A DNA stretch of 64,000 nt from Rhina ancylostomus (GCA_030265395.1 JARFYF010000112.1:65175737-65239736), one strand, 5' to 3'. Positions 46,801 through 60,400 are shown, counted from the first letter of the stretch. Notes: a model not told the origin generated them from the letters alone. A program made the numbers and translations.

Positions 46801-49354
46801 GTGTAAAACAGCTTTCAGATAATTTGCTACTCTCCTTAAGAAAGAATGAATGCCTAAGACCATTTGTCTATCTTCTGATAAGGAAGGCCAGTAAAGTTAG
46901 TGCCAACTGGCCATCACAAGAAATGCCCCTTTATAAATCCCATATAACATTAAATAATGCACTGCAGGCACATACCAGCTGTGCCAGAAACATACAATGT
47001 AAATTAGCATAGTGTTACTCCACACCAACATGTTAGTTCCACATTACATTAATAACACAGTGCCATAATACTGCTATGACAATTTAATGCTTTGATAAAT
47101 AGCACAGTGATGCCCCAGATCACCCTGCAAGCAATAAACTATGTTAAATATCACAGTGTTATGTTAATCCACCATATACAGAATTTATAAAATATGCTGC
47201 TTTAAACCACATTGTCAGCTCCACATTACATCAACTAGTATAGAGTGCCAATTCTAAGATACGTTAACTTTTAAATTATTTGTCTTGTAGCAGAATAGGT
47301 TTAAAGAAATCTTTTCAATGTTGTATGTATGTTGTAAAAAAGGGTAAAAGAAAGAATAAAAGGTTTCAGAAGCAAGAAAAGCAGGAAAAAAAGAAGAAAG
47401 AAACCTGAGATTGATTGTCAAACTTGATCTTTATATGAGAACTTTAATTAAACTCATGGTCACAGACTACCTTCTAACTCAGCAAAAATATTGCAGAACT
47501 ATCAGAAGAGGCATAAAAACATTGAATCATTCTGGCCCAGATTCCCCATCCAGAATCACTGACCACAGTCACCACACACCTTCAGATACCTTGTCTTCAC
47601 ACAGAGGCTGTATGTTGTTGAACCTCCACAATGTGGTCCAGCAGCAGGTATGCTTGCATGGCCAAGAAGGAATAGTCAGGAGCTCCATGTTAGTCACAAA
47701 GAAATTCAATTAATTTTAAATATAACTGTTGTGGATTTTGCCACCAATTACAAATAGCGTCTAAAGCCACTCTATATGTCGGAGTGATTTATTTATGCAC
47801 ATAGAGACACAGACTTGGCACTGGAGTGTAACTCTATTTTTATTCCAAATGCTAAAAGTATATAAATTAGGTTTAAGTAAAGACAAACAATTTACAGAAA
47901 GAATTTAGACTTATAATGGAATCCCAGCAGTGGCATAATGACCATGTCTGCTCCTCCATTTCAGCAATGAACAAAAAACACTCAATTTATCCAAACATTG
48001 ACATTTTAGCTGCAGGATATCAATTGTAGTTCAAACAGAATCAAAGTAAGCCATTGCATTACACTTCTAAATGGGAGTTTCTTAGTGAGGTCAGTAGCTA
48101 TGTTGTCAATTGGTATACTTGGTCCCCTAAGAACCTGAAAATTCAAATAACGATGGTACAGTGGATTGGTGCAAAATGGAGTAAAATAAGGCTGTTGGCT
48201 GACATCTCATGCTTGTAAGATTCTGTTCCTCTTGTCCAACATAACCTTCATATTAATGGGAAGTTTATCCTTTCCATATAAACAAATGAATTATTACTAA
48301 GGGCCTTGACTAAAGCAAGTCCCCTATCATTTAGCAAAACCCTGCAGTCTAGTCAAAGTTCTTCAGCCACTTGAGTGGTAGGATACTGCATTTCCCAAAT
48401 TGGTTCCAATATAATGATTAGTACACACGTGCATTTGTATTGCAATTCATGCCTGCCCTTATATTTAACACATCTAAAATACAGGAGACATACACAGTAA
48501 GCTGCAAAGCTGGAGTTCAGTGTTCTGCCTAATATTTTCACTTCAGCTCACAGAGTTAAGCATGTGTTCAGCAGCAGGCAGGAATCCCATCAGTACTATT
48601 TACATAATCAACTTGCTGATTGATTTCTACTGGCCACTGCAATGATTCCATGAGGACCAGGTACCAGGACTTCCCAACAGTTCAATGTGAAAGGCATCTA
48701 CATTTCTGTAATGCCTTCAGGGTGCAATGCTCTAAGTGTTAAAGGATTTTGTCTTAAAATGAACCCTACACAAATCAGTTGCCCCCTGATGTGGTTGCAT
48801 TACTTGGCATTTCCTTTGGTGCAGCATGACTTGGAGAAGAGTGGAGGATACATACAGCAGGGCAAGCTTGTGGAAGAAGAAAGAGGAGGGGAAGAATATC
48901 TCAGTAGGAGACCACGTTCACTTCCCCTACCTCAGCAAGGAATGATGTGAAAGGCATCTGCATTTCTGTAAAGGTAGCCTCACTGAAATACAGTAACTGC
49001 ATCAGCCCCAGCTGAGTGAGTATTGCTTTATCAGGAGCTGTCAAGGTTAGCATGCCAATGAATTTTTATATGCCTGGTTCCATAAGGCTGGAGATATCTG
49101 TGAAGCACAGTTGGATTCTTTTCTAAGAGAGCTCACATTTTATTCTTTGTAGCTTAAGACCAGCAGGCAGGCTGTGATTCAGCTTCAAGAAAATTCAAGT
49201 CTTTTCCTTAGTGCAGAGTTGAAGATTTGGCTCTGGTAATGCCCTTGAAGGTCAAGGGAATGTGCTTTAAACCTCGCTTGCTTGAAGTTTTGATGGATTG
49301 ATGGCTAATTAATATGACAAACATTGATAGGAACTGCTAAAAGGAAAAAGAAGC

Positions 49355-49710
49355 ACTGATACAGCATCCTTCATCAACTCAGAATATCTTAAGACATTTT
49401 ACACCCAGTGAAGTATATCTGGTGTAGTCATTGTTTTAGGATAAAGAAAAGCCAATTTATGCACAGAGAGCTCACACAAACAACTTGACAAGGACACTTG
49501 GTGTAATGCCTCTGGTTTTTTTTAACATAGTCCCATGAAATGTGTTACATTCACAGGGAGATCACATGGGGCCTCCTTTTAACATCTCACCTCCAACATA
49601 TGTAGTACTCCCTCATTTCTGCACTGGAGCAGCAGTCTAGGTGTTTATGTTCAAGACTCTTAAGTGAGTCTTGAATTCTAGATCTTCAAACTCAGAGGGA
49701 ATGAAGCCAT
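49355..49710 (-). mobile_element. Deu-domain SINE
   Basis: GCCAATTTATGCACAG...CCCATG...GGGGCCTC.TTTTAACATCTCA...GTACTCCCTCA..CTGCACTGGAG is the reverse complement of the core at 38125-38370. Confidence 0.7.
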
Positions 49711-49969
49711 GGAAAACTGTGCAAAAAATATTCTTTACAGTTCTGGCTAAGGCTTTGTTTGTTGTAAAACTTCTGTTCACACCAGCTTATAGAATGTGAT
49801 ATGACTGTGACAACAAGCTTCATAAAATGTTAATAATGAAGATGGGTCTTCTTAGATATTTCTAAGTAGGTATGCCAAGTCTGAAAACTTAGCTCATGGG
49901 ATGAGACAAAGTGGGCAGCTGCACTCACATTTATCTTTTTTGCCTCTGCATGAACTCCTCTTCCAACAC

Positions 49970-50290
49970 AACTTGCACTTATGTAGCAAAGTATCCCAGG
50001 GAACTTCACAAGAGTGTTTAACAAATAACGTTTGACACCAAGGCACATCGGGAATATCGGGCAGATAAGATGTTAGATTTAAGGAGGATCTTAAAGGAAC
50101 AAAGAGAATCAGTAAAGCAGCAAGGCTGAGAAAGTTTAAAGTAAATTCTATAAAGGTGTTGTGATTAAAATTAAGGATGCACATGAGTACAGAATTGGGA
50201 GGATGCATTATTTAAGGGTTGGAGAGTTTCAGATAGGGAAAGGTAAGGCCATGAAGAGAATTGAAACCAAAGATGTGAATATTAAAATGC
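49970..50290 (-). mobile_element. Degenerate L2-type LINE 3' end
   Basis: AACTTGCACTTATGTAGC terminus, TTTGACACC..AGGCACAT, TTTAAGGAGGATCTTAAAGG. Confidence 0.55.
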
Positions 50291-51327
50291 ATCCTCTTCT
50301 AAATCCAGCACTGCATTGGAAAAATCAATGGAATTCCCATGCTTAATACTGTAACTACTACCAATTAAGCAATATCAATTAAAAAAATGTCACAAGTGCA
50401 GATCTGTGGCACTATGCATCAGCAGAATAGTGATGTGTAATTGAAATATATAAATCAGACTATGGTAAGGTAGAGTACACAATGGGTTAATCAATCTGAT
50501 GATCATCAGTACTTGTGGGCTGATGTAATTAAAAGCAATTTATCATAGTCAATTATTGATTTAATTTCTGTTTGAAGTACATCGTACCATGATATCATTG
50601 ACGGCCACTGGTACTCAATTACAATCTCCAATTGAAACTTACATTGTACAATGTTAATAAAAGGCATACACAACTGAATGGGTTAATATCAGCTCTTAAC
50701 ATATAGCACCTAATTTGCTAATCTTGCTACATATAGTGAGCTGCATTGCATGGGCAAGTTCTCCATTAATATTGAATTGTACTTAGAAGGGGAATATCAG
50801 TTTATACTGTGGAGTATGCTATAGATGAATCTATTTTCAAAGTGAATTTTACCACAAATGGTGTGCAGTATTCAATAGGTTAATTTTTCTTCCTATTGTG
50901 TAAAACATTAAATGGATTAATCTCTGGTATGATAATTTGTTTGTTCATGACATGAAGCATTCAGTTTATTAATCTCTTGCTAATGATATGCAATATTCAA
51001 TGTGTTACAAATACAATAACTAGTCAATGAGTTAATTTCTGTTGTTACTCCATATTATTCAATGGGTTAATCGTCCTATAGATAAACTTTTTTCTGAATC
51101 CATGCATAAAAGTATATAATTATGGAGTACAGTGGATTTCTTTTGTGTATTATTCCATGTCAATCCAATACCAATACAATACTAAGTGAAATGTTGCATT
51201 CATGGAGAAAGAAAAAAATGTTATCCTCCAAATTTACAATCCTGTTATACACAAGGTTAATTCTTCATACATTTTATCTCTTGAAATGGTTTGGTGTAAC
51301 CACATCTTCAATGAACACATATCAGCA

Positions 51328-51436
51328 CCAGTTCTGACAAAGGGTCATACTGAAATATTAACGTAATTTCTCTCTATAGATCATGTGCCTGACTTGCTGA
51401 ATATTTCAGCATCTGCTGGTTTTGTTTCAGATTTCT
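51328..51436 (+). mobile_element. Isolated Penelope pLTR fragment
   Basis: CCAGTTCTGACAAAGGGTCATACTGAAATATTAAC...TTTCTCTCTATAGA...GCCTGACTTGCTGAATATTTCAGCA. Confidence 0.65.
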
Positions 51437-52799
51437 TGTCTTTACTGTATTTTGTTATGGGGATTAAATTTTCTTCACATGCTGCAGTATTCAATATATC
51501 ACACAATGTGTAACACTGACAAGGGTCAATCTCACAAGAAAATGGTGATTTCGAAACTCATTGTGGTAATAGTTAATGCAGTGCAACGAATCTCAGCAAC
51601 TGGTTTTGCTGTGGTTCAGCACAATGAATTGTGGGATTACAATGATAACATTTATAATAGCTTATCCAAGTCATACCCAGTTTGAGTTAACTGCAAAATA
51701 GTAATGCTCATTTTTACCATGGAACCATGCCTAAACCCCAACTTCAAAAGGAAAATTCACCTAATGTGATGTTTATGATTCTGGGTCATTGCATAGCACT
51801 AAATTTCAGTGAAAGCTAAAAGAACAGTCACATGTCCGTTGAAAACTGGATGAGAAAGTCCACATTTCACTCGGGACACATTGCTGAAAGAATCTCATTA
51901 TCAGTGCTATCTGGCCAGAGTTTGAAACTGGATTCCCAGAGGTAAAAGGACATAGTCCTATCAGAGAGAAGAGACTTTCATCCATTCATTTTGGGATGAC
52001 TTAAGCCCCCACGGTGCCTGAGTCATCCCAAAGGAAAGTATTTAATGCATTATGACACAAGTGATAATGCAATGAACCAGTAATGGAAGAAAGACAATGA
52101 AATTTGTGAAATAAGATTAACAATTCCCAGATGAAAACTAATCAAAAGTCCAGTTTAATACAATGTAGAAAGTGATTATCTGAAAAATAAAACAGTTCTT
52201 TACTTGCTGTATCTTGCTGCCACCTTGCTGCTCTGAGAAACAGCAGCAAACTACCATTAAAAACACAGCAATCCCAAGGTATAATAGACATTTACAAGAT
52301 TCGAGTCGTAGAGGAAAGTTACTCTCTAGTCAACCTACTGATATGTAAATTGGGTCTAATTAGTAGGTTTTGTTAATGTGTTCTCCCTCTTAGCCTAACA
52401 AAATATTCCCTCCCAGTTAAATAATAGTAAAACTGATTGTCTTTTTAAGTTTTGGAAGCTTATTATATAATTAATCTAATATACATATGCAAACACGTTC
52501 TAATTACTTTGATGTATTTTACTTAGAGCACTTGTGATGAAATACTACGATGAATTTCTCCTAGAATGATGAAAACGTGACACCATTTGGAGTTCTAGTT
52601 TTCCAGTGAGAGTGTAGGGGTAGAATCTCTCAACAATGTAGATGAAATACATCATATGCTTAACTACCTGTTATTGATGCTGAGTTAGTTGTCCCGGAAA
52701 GGTTAACCCTGGGACAGCTATAATTAGATTCAGTACTATTGGAAAGTGGAAGGTCAGCTTCGGGGCCAAGTCACTAACCTTCCACTTGATGGGTATTTT

Positions 52800-55105
52800 C
52801 TGTATACAATATGCCAGACAAAGTGCCAGACTCCTTGATCACAATCCTTGGATGTGCCTTGTCCCAACAGCCCCCACAGCCCCACTGTGGCTGCACAGTG
52901 GTATACAGGCGAGACAGAGTGGATTTTGGAGTCTTCAACATTGACTCCTGACCTCATGAAGTCTCACTGTTTTAGATCAAGTAAGAGCAAAGAAACATCC
53001 TCTTGGTCATCACCTACAGTTCTACCTTAGTTGATGAACCAGTGCTTATGGGATCTAGGTGTTCTAGTGCATGAATCACAAAAAGCTTGTAGGCAGCTCC
53101 AACAAGTAGTTAAGAAGCCAAATGACATTTTGGCCTTCATGCAAAGGAGTTGGAGTTTAAAAATAGAGAGGTTTTGTTGCAATTGTACAGGGTGTCAGCA
53201 AGGTCACACTTGGAATACTACATATATTTTTTTGTCCCCTTACCTGAAAGAAGATATAATAACAATGGAAGCAATAGAAAGGAGACTCACCAGACTAATT
53301 CCTGGGATGTCCTACCATGAGAGCTAAATAGTCTTGGCCTGTATTCCTTGGAGTTCAGGAGAATGACGAGTCTTTATTCAAACATACAAGATCCTAAGGG
53401 AGCTTCAGAAGGTAGATATTGGGATGTTTTCATGAGTGGGATAGACTTGAAGAAAGTGATATGGCTACAAGATATGGGACAAGTCATTTAAACTGAAGTA
53501 TGTAGAAGTCTCTTCTCACAGAGGGTAGCTAATCTCTGGAATTCTCTGCCCCAGCAGATGGTGAAAGCTGGATCATTTGAAGTATTTAAAGTGGAGGTAG
53601 ATAAATATGTGATGGATCAAGAAATAGATGGGTATGGAGAAATGGCACAGAAGAGGAGTTGAGACCACCATAGTTCAGCCATGATCATCTTAAATAGTCA
53701 GGTGGGCTGGAAGGGCCTGATGGCCTTCACTTACTATTTCCACTATTTTCTTGTACTGTGTTTTAGTTCCAATACAGTTACGAACTGGCATGTACCTGAC
53801 AATGGGGATAATTGTCCAAATATTTCAATTCACAAAAAGCAGGTCAAGTACAATTCAGCCTTTTAGTGTCCAATCAGTCTACTCTCAATCATCAGAAAAA
53901 TTATGGAAGCTGTCACCTACAGTGTTATCAAGCAGCACCTACTCACCAATATCTCACTCCTTGATGGCCAGTTTAGATTTCATCAGGACCACTTGGCTAC
54001 AAACCTCATCACAGCCTTGGTCAAAACATGAACTAAAGAGCTCAGTTCTAGAGGTGAAGTGAAGGTGACGGCCCTTGACATCACGGTAGGATCTGACCAA
54101 GTGTGGCATCAAGGCACCCTAATAAAACTGAAGTCAAGGAGCCTTCATGCCAATGGCCGTAGATATGCCTTTCATAAAGAAAGATAGTGATTGTAGGACA
54201 TCAGTCATCCCGGTCCTAGGACACCACTGCAACTGTTTCTCAGCAAAGTGTCCTATGCCCAACCATATGCTTCATCAATGACTTTACCTCCATCATAAGG
54301 NNNNNNNNNNNNNNNNNNNNNNNNNNNNNNNNNNNNNNNNNNNNNNNNNNNNNNNNNNNNNNNNNNNNNNNNNNNNNNNNNNNNNNNNNNNNNNNNNNNN
54401 NNNNNNNNNNNNNNNNNNNNNNNNNNNNNNNNNNNNNNNNNNNNNNNNNNNNNNNNNNNNNNNNNNNNNNNNNNNNNNNNNNNNNNNNNNNNNNNNNNNN
54501 NNNNNNNNNNNNNNNNNNNNNNNNNNNNNNNNNNGGACCAACCACATAAATACTATGGCTACAAGAGCAGGTCAGAGGCTAGATATCCTCCAATGAGTGA
54601 CTCATCCCCTGACCCCCTAAGTTCTTTCCACTATCTACAAGACACAAATCAAGAATATTTTCCGGGTGCTTGTATGAGTGTAATACCAAAAACTCTTAAG
54701 AAGCTTGACACCATCCAGGACAAAGCAGCTCACCTGATTGGCACCACAATCAACACCCTAAACATGCATTCCCTCCAGCACTGGTACACATTGGCTGCAA
54801 TGAACTCCATCTACAAAATGCACTGTAGTGGCTGGCCTAGGCTACACTAATGGCACTTCCCAAGCCCACAGCCTTTACCATCAAGAAGGGGAATAGGCTC
54901 ATGGAAATATGGGCTGCAGGATCCCCCCACACCATCACTGGTCCTCCATCATCACAGGGTCTAAACTCTGGAAATCATTGCCCAGCAGCACTATGGGAGT
55001 GCTTTCTCAGAAGGATTGAATAGTTCAAGAAGGAGACTCACCACCACTTTCTCAATGGTATTTAGGAATGGCATTGCCAAAGATGCCCAGATCCTGAAAA
55101 CTGAA
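52800..55105 (+). mobile_element. CR1/L2-group LINE (endonuclease fragment, RT with ALDI..DQVWH motif, 3' end), interrupted by a CR1
   Basis: PISLLSIIRKIMEAV...QFRFHQDH...LITALVKT...VTALDITVGSDQVWHQG (53869-54115); ORF 54593..54850 KKLDTIQDKAAHLIG...IYKMHCS; tail to about 55105. Confidence 0.8.
53045..53755 (+). mobile_element. CR1 LINE 3' end nested in the preceding LINE
   Basis: ORF 53031..53327 DLGVLVHESQK...QVVKKPNDILAF...RRLTRLIPGM; TTCTCACAGAGGGTAGCTAATCTCTGGAATTCTCTGCCCC; GAAGGGCCTGATGGCC tail. Confidence 0.88.
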
Positions 55106-56854
55106 TATTTAAATATCCTTACACCCAGAATGTATGCCATTCTATTGACCTTCGCATCCTTGCTGAACTCTCCATAGTGTTTGGCAAGTCAGCTTGTCTG
55201 GTAAATTCTGTGTTGCATAGACATCACCAGTGCATGCTAAAGACTGCATGACTGGTTTCAAGCATACTAATGATGCGATTTTCTTCAATTTATAGGTGAT
55301 TGACAAGAAAAGCTTTAATGAAATTTCTCAGCTGCGAACTGTTTTAGAGGGGTATGATTGGAGTGAGAATGAGTGGGAAGTTATTTTAAAAATTTAAAAG
55401 ATATTTAAAACATTTTTAGCCACAGCCTCTGTCTCCATTTAATCAATCCCTTTCTCACTTGCAACTCCCTGCCCCCCTACCCATGTACCAGAATTAACCT
55501 CAGTTACATTCTTTCCCACAATCTCTCACAGCCAGATGCCTCCCACCTTTTCAGTGCCTAAATGCACTGATGAGTCTCCTTCACCCTCCCAAAAGCCTGG
55601 AGGTTCTGAGCTCCATGGGAGCTCAATAAAACATCGGGGAAGCAGCTTGAGCAGTCAGAAGGTGAGAGGATCAGCAACTATAACTGCAGGCCAGCAGATC
55701 AGAAAATGTGGCCCAATGTTTGTGATTTATGTTTATGAGAAATGGATCTTTTGCTTTTCCTGAGATTGTTGGCACCAATGATTAAACAAATACAAGTCAA
55801 AAGTGTGGTGAAATTGGAAAATAATTTTAAACTCTTGTCAATCTTTTGTGGTACTACTGAAGGTAAGTCTGAGAATATAACTATTCCCTTGCCTGCCTGT
55901 TATTTTCATGTTGCTGTCTCTCTTGGTCTAATTGGTATTGGAAATTATCTGAGGATTATTACAGTTTAAACATATGCAGAAAGACTCCTTAGAAATATTT
56001 ATAAATAGATATATAAATATCCTTATAGATGGAGTAGTTAATGTAGGTTGACACATTTCTATACAGAGATGATTTCTATAATAGATAAGCTCTTAACACT
56101 ATAAACAAGATCAAAAAACTCCAGATGATGGAAATTTGAAATCAAACAGAAAATATAAAAAGAAAAGAACCATAGTGACTTGTAAGGTAGTTAAATTGCA
56201 ATACCATGAGAAAATAGAAGGCATACTGAGGGAAATCAATGAATGAAAGAGATACATGATACATACAGGATGTATGAAGATCTGAACTATTGCGAAGTGA
56301 GTAGCCCAGATAGCAAGTATAAAAAATTGGAAATAAACAGATTTGAACAACTTTGAAGGATAATGGAAGAAAAATCTTATTGAGACCAAAACCTTGCCAC
56401 TGCAGCATTCAACTGGAGTGTCCATATGCTTACCATTAATCTACTCCTTCTATATTCTTCCAAAAACTCAGCTTCCAACTATGCCATAAAAGTAGTATTT
56501 CATGTGAAAGAGAAAGTGGGTGTTCTAGTTAAAATCTGAAATTATTAAAGTTAATATTAATACTAGAGGGCTGCAATGCGCCTCAGAGAAAGCTACCACG
56601 TTGTCCAGAGGGTCCAGATTTCTTTGCAGTCAGAGGCCTGAAAAGTTTCAATTTAGCTCTGTTAGCAGTAAGATATATTGGAAATTACTCTCTAATTTTG
56701 AAGTAGATTTAAGGTCCAGGACAGTGGGAGAGGTCAATGGGTGGATAGTTTTTCTCCTGCATTTACTTGTCAAGTGCCAGGAAAGGAGAGTAGGCGAGAG
56801 GGCAGGGAATGAAGCAGCCAGGTTGTCATGGATTAACAAAAGGTCAATGTTCTC

Positions 56855-57105
56855 ATAAGAAGACAAGAAAGTAGGAACAAGAGTAGACCATCAGGCCCCT
56901 CAAGCCTGCCCCACCATTCAATATGATCATGGCTGCTATATGTTGGCCTCAGCTCCTCTGTCCCAGCTCACCATAACCCTAAATGCCTCAACCTTTCAAA
57001 TACTTATCTATCTCCACTTCAAATATATCTAATTACCCAGCCTCTACTAACCACAGGAGCAGAGAATTTCAGAGACTCGTTATCCTGTGAAAGAAGAAAT
57101 TTTTC
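56855..57105 (-). mobile_element. CR1 3' UTR fragment
   Basis: CATAAGAA...GTAGGAACAAGAGTAGACCATCAGGCCCCTCAAGCCTGCCCCACCATTCAATATGATCATGGCTG is the reverse complement of the CR1 tail type at 53670-53730. Confidence 0.8.
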
Positions 57106-59704
57106 AGTACAGACACTGCCTAACCTACAAACTGTTTCCATTTAATTGGTTTTTACTCTAGTTTAGACTGTTTTACCACTTAATTTCACATTGGAAGTGG
57201 TGGATCCTTCTGAACTACTTGCTTTACCTTCTACCAATATTTATGATAGTCTAATTAGTAAAGTATCTGTTTCTATTCAATTTAGCAGTTTTCATAGTTT
57301 CTTTTCATATTGGCACCATACATGATTAAAAGGGGTCAGTAATTGGAATCAACAGCAAAGCAGAGGGGAACCCATCATTTCTATTTGATCTCACAAGAAC
57401 ATATTGGAGCCCTCTAAACAAATCTGCATTTCATGGTCCTGTCAGGTTTTGGTGATAAACATTGCTGTGGCCTCTCATGTAATCTGACTCTGCCTGAGGC
57501 TAGAATCCACACTGCTTATTACTGTGATGTTTACTAACCAGTGAAGAAAGGAATAAACCAGCAAAGCAGCCCTAATAAAACGTCATCACTTGTCTGGTTT
57601 TGCTTTGTAGGTCCTGCTCTTCCTCAAATATTCCATTTTCAACAACCTAACACACAACATCCTCTTTCAAACCTGTGTGAGTTATAAAATATGAATGATA
57701 CCACAGCATCTCCAACATGCCTTTGTGCTTTGTAACATTCATATACTGTAGTTATGGAACACTATCTCACTCAGCGAGTGGGACCATATATTTAGGAAAA
57801 ACTTATAGGTTTTATTAGGGGCAAAATGAGGACATGTGAGCTTTAGATTGTTAGATATACATGTATTTTATCTCTCCTTTTCAAATCCATCCTCCACTGA
57901 AAACTCTACTTATTCCTCCTCAGCTGCTAATACATTGTTCTGCACACAGTTACCCTTCTGAATTCTCACTGTGTTGAAATCAAAAACCTGCATTAATTCA
58001 ACTTCTCCCAGAACTTCAAAACAATGAAATTCCTTTTCCCAAAGTACTCTTTGCATCTTTTTAGTACCTAGACGCTTTTAAAATCTGTGTTCTGCAAGAA
58101 CTACCAATAGATTCCAATCTCTTGTTCTTTTCAAATTTGTAAATACCCAGTGCAGTATACTATGGCACTTCAGGTATACCTTGCTTACAACTAAAGACAT
58201 GGATTGGGGTACAGGATATAAAATTTACACCATGTTAGTAGTGCATTTTCAACGTGAGATATAATAAGTTCAAAGTAGGTATTGCAATAAACCTTAATCT
58301 CTTTAGAAAAATACCAAGTTCTTAACTCGAAGCTCCACAAGTTCAAATGATGACATCAACAATAAACTCTATAAAAAAGCCTCTTGGTATAATGAATTGT
58401 AATGGCATCTCTGAATATAAACCAAGACTCCTTAATACCATTGCTTGCTTTCAGGTGAAACACAACTTTTATGATTTTTGTTGCAACTGACCCAAACATC
58501 AACCCCCACCACCACCCCCTTCCAGACAGAAAGCTGGCCTATGGAGTTAAACACATTTATGAATTAATGCCATCCTCAAGACTCCAATGCAACCTATATT
58601 CAAATTGGAAAAAATCAAAGACCAACAACATTTGTAATATTAGATACAGCTGATTCCTAGAACAAGCAACCACAGTTTTAAAGAGAGTAAGATTCAATTT
58701 GGGTAAGTAAATAGGCAAGATGAGGTAAATGGGAGCAGGTGAAACTTTACTTTCAACTTGACCTCATTATCACATCTATCAGCCATTGTCCCATCAGACA
58801 TCTCCCCATAATAAGACAGATTATCCACTGTATTTCTCTCAGATATTGATCAGATTCTGACATACTGGAGATGAAGTTTTGAAGTATGAAGAGTGAAGGA
58901 ATGCTATTGATTCAAAAAGGAGATCTAAGGATCCCATTTGGAGACCTGTGTGAATACACATGCTGATCACAGCGATTGACTGTTCCGTTAGCTAGATTTC
59001 TGCTTGTTTTCCTGCAACCTACAGGGGATTTTGACAAAACTATCACAGGCAGGACTTAATTGATTATCCAGGTTTACTTCATCGCCTGAGAGGGGTGAAG
59101 AAATATGGCTTTAAATAATTCAGAAAGCAAACAGACAAAGAAGAAATCAATTCAGGTAAATCAGATACTGAGTGCTGGTAAAGGTAGAGGCAAGGTGTAA
59201 CCTGAATAAGCACTAGGTTGTAGAACCAAGGTACTGCTGCGAATTTAAAGAATTTAAATCAGTCAATAAAACTAAAGTTGAACTCTTGATTCAAGATCTA
59301 GCCCAATACAACAATTTTTTTCAAAACTGTCTTCAGTATTGGTTTCTGTGTTAGAGTACAGAACAATACCAAAGTTAAAAAGAATAGGGGATTAGCATCT
59401 ATTGGTTGCTCTTGTACCGCTTGGATTTTTAAAGCCTCTAGGTAGCAAAACGATGCAAAGTGAGAGAAGAGGAAAGGAATACTATTGTTCTGAAGTTCTG
59501 GGAGAAGTTGAATTAATGCACTGATTTTAAGAGAGAGGATAAAAGTGTGCCAAGCAATGTATTAGCAGCAGAAGTGAAACACGTAGAAAGTACAGAGGAG
59601 CACCAGTCTTTGTGTTTATAGTAAAGATGATCCCTTATTATTAAATATGATAATAAATATGATGGAGGTGGTGTAGAGGCAGGTGTTGGGATGGGGGCAG
59701 TGGA

Positions 59705-60400
59705 ACCTCCCTTAATATCATCTACTGCATTCAGTGCTCCAAGTGTGGCCTCCTCTACATTGGTGAGTCCAAATGCAGACAAGGTGACCATTTCTCAGAA
59801 CACCTGCACTCTGTCTATAACCACGATTTGTATCTCCCCATTGCCAGTCACTTCAACTCCCCCTCCCACACTATCACAGACATGTCAGTCCTCGGCCTCC
59901 TCCACTGTCAGGAGAATTCCAACCACAAACTAGAGGAACAGCACCTCATCTTCTGTCTTGGAACCTTGCAGCCTAATGTCATGAACATTGAATTCCCCCA
60001 CTTTAAGTAATCCCCACACCCTTCTCCAACCCACACCTCCCCCCAACCATACCTCTTCTTTTCTTCCCTTTCCTAGCCTATCTCTCTTTTTTCTGGCCCC
60101 CTTTTTTTCACTCCTTACCTTTGACCCATCCTCCAGTGGATCTGCTCTCCCCTCCTCCCCCGCACCTGCCTATCACTGTCCCTTACCTGCATCTACCTAT
60201 CACCACCTTGTGCCCATCCTGCCTCCCTTCTTTTGTCCACCTATCACTGCTCTGCTTTTCCCTCATATACATTGGGCTTCCCCTTTTCCTATCTTCAGTC
60301 CTGAAGAAGGATCCTGACCCGAAACGTTGACTGCCTGCTTTTCTCCACGGATGCTGCCTGGCCTGCTGAGTTCCTCCAGCGTCAACTTGTTTTTCGTCTT
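59705..60400 (+). mobile_element. Penelope-like element 3' part: open GIY-YIG endonuclease frame, 3' UTR and pLTR
   Basis: One stop-free frame 59705-60010: NIIYCIQCSKCGLLYIGESKCRQGDHFSEHLHSV...HFNSPSH...GLLHCQ...KLEEQHLIFCLGTLQPNVMNIEF. Contains the IIY...YIG motif and CxxC. Confidence 0.92.
60296..60333 (+). ncRNA. Minimal type I hammerhead ribozyme motif in the Penelope pLTR
   Basis: Helix I CAGTC/GACTG encloses CTGAAGA, helix II (GGAT-CCTG-ACCC, one mismatch, preceded by an extra A), GAAAC and GTT. The palindromic AACGTT stands in for helix III. Activity not shown. Confidence 0.6.

Noticed and set aside
49651-49676. Perfect 10-bp hairpin TTCAAGACTC/GAGTCTTGAA
   Set aside because: It lies in the tRNA-derived head of a Deu-SINE and is explained by that element.
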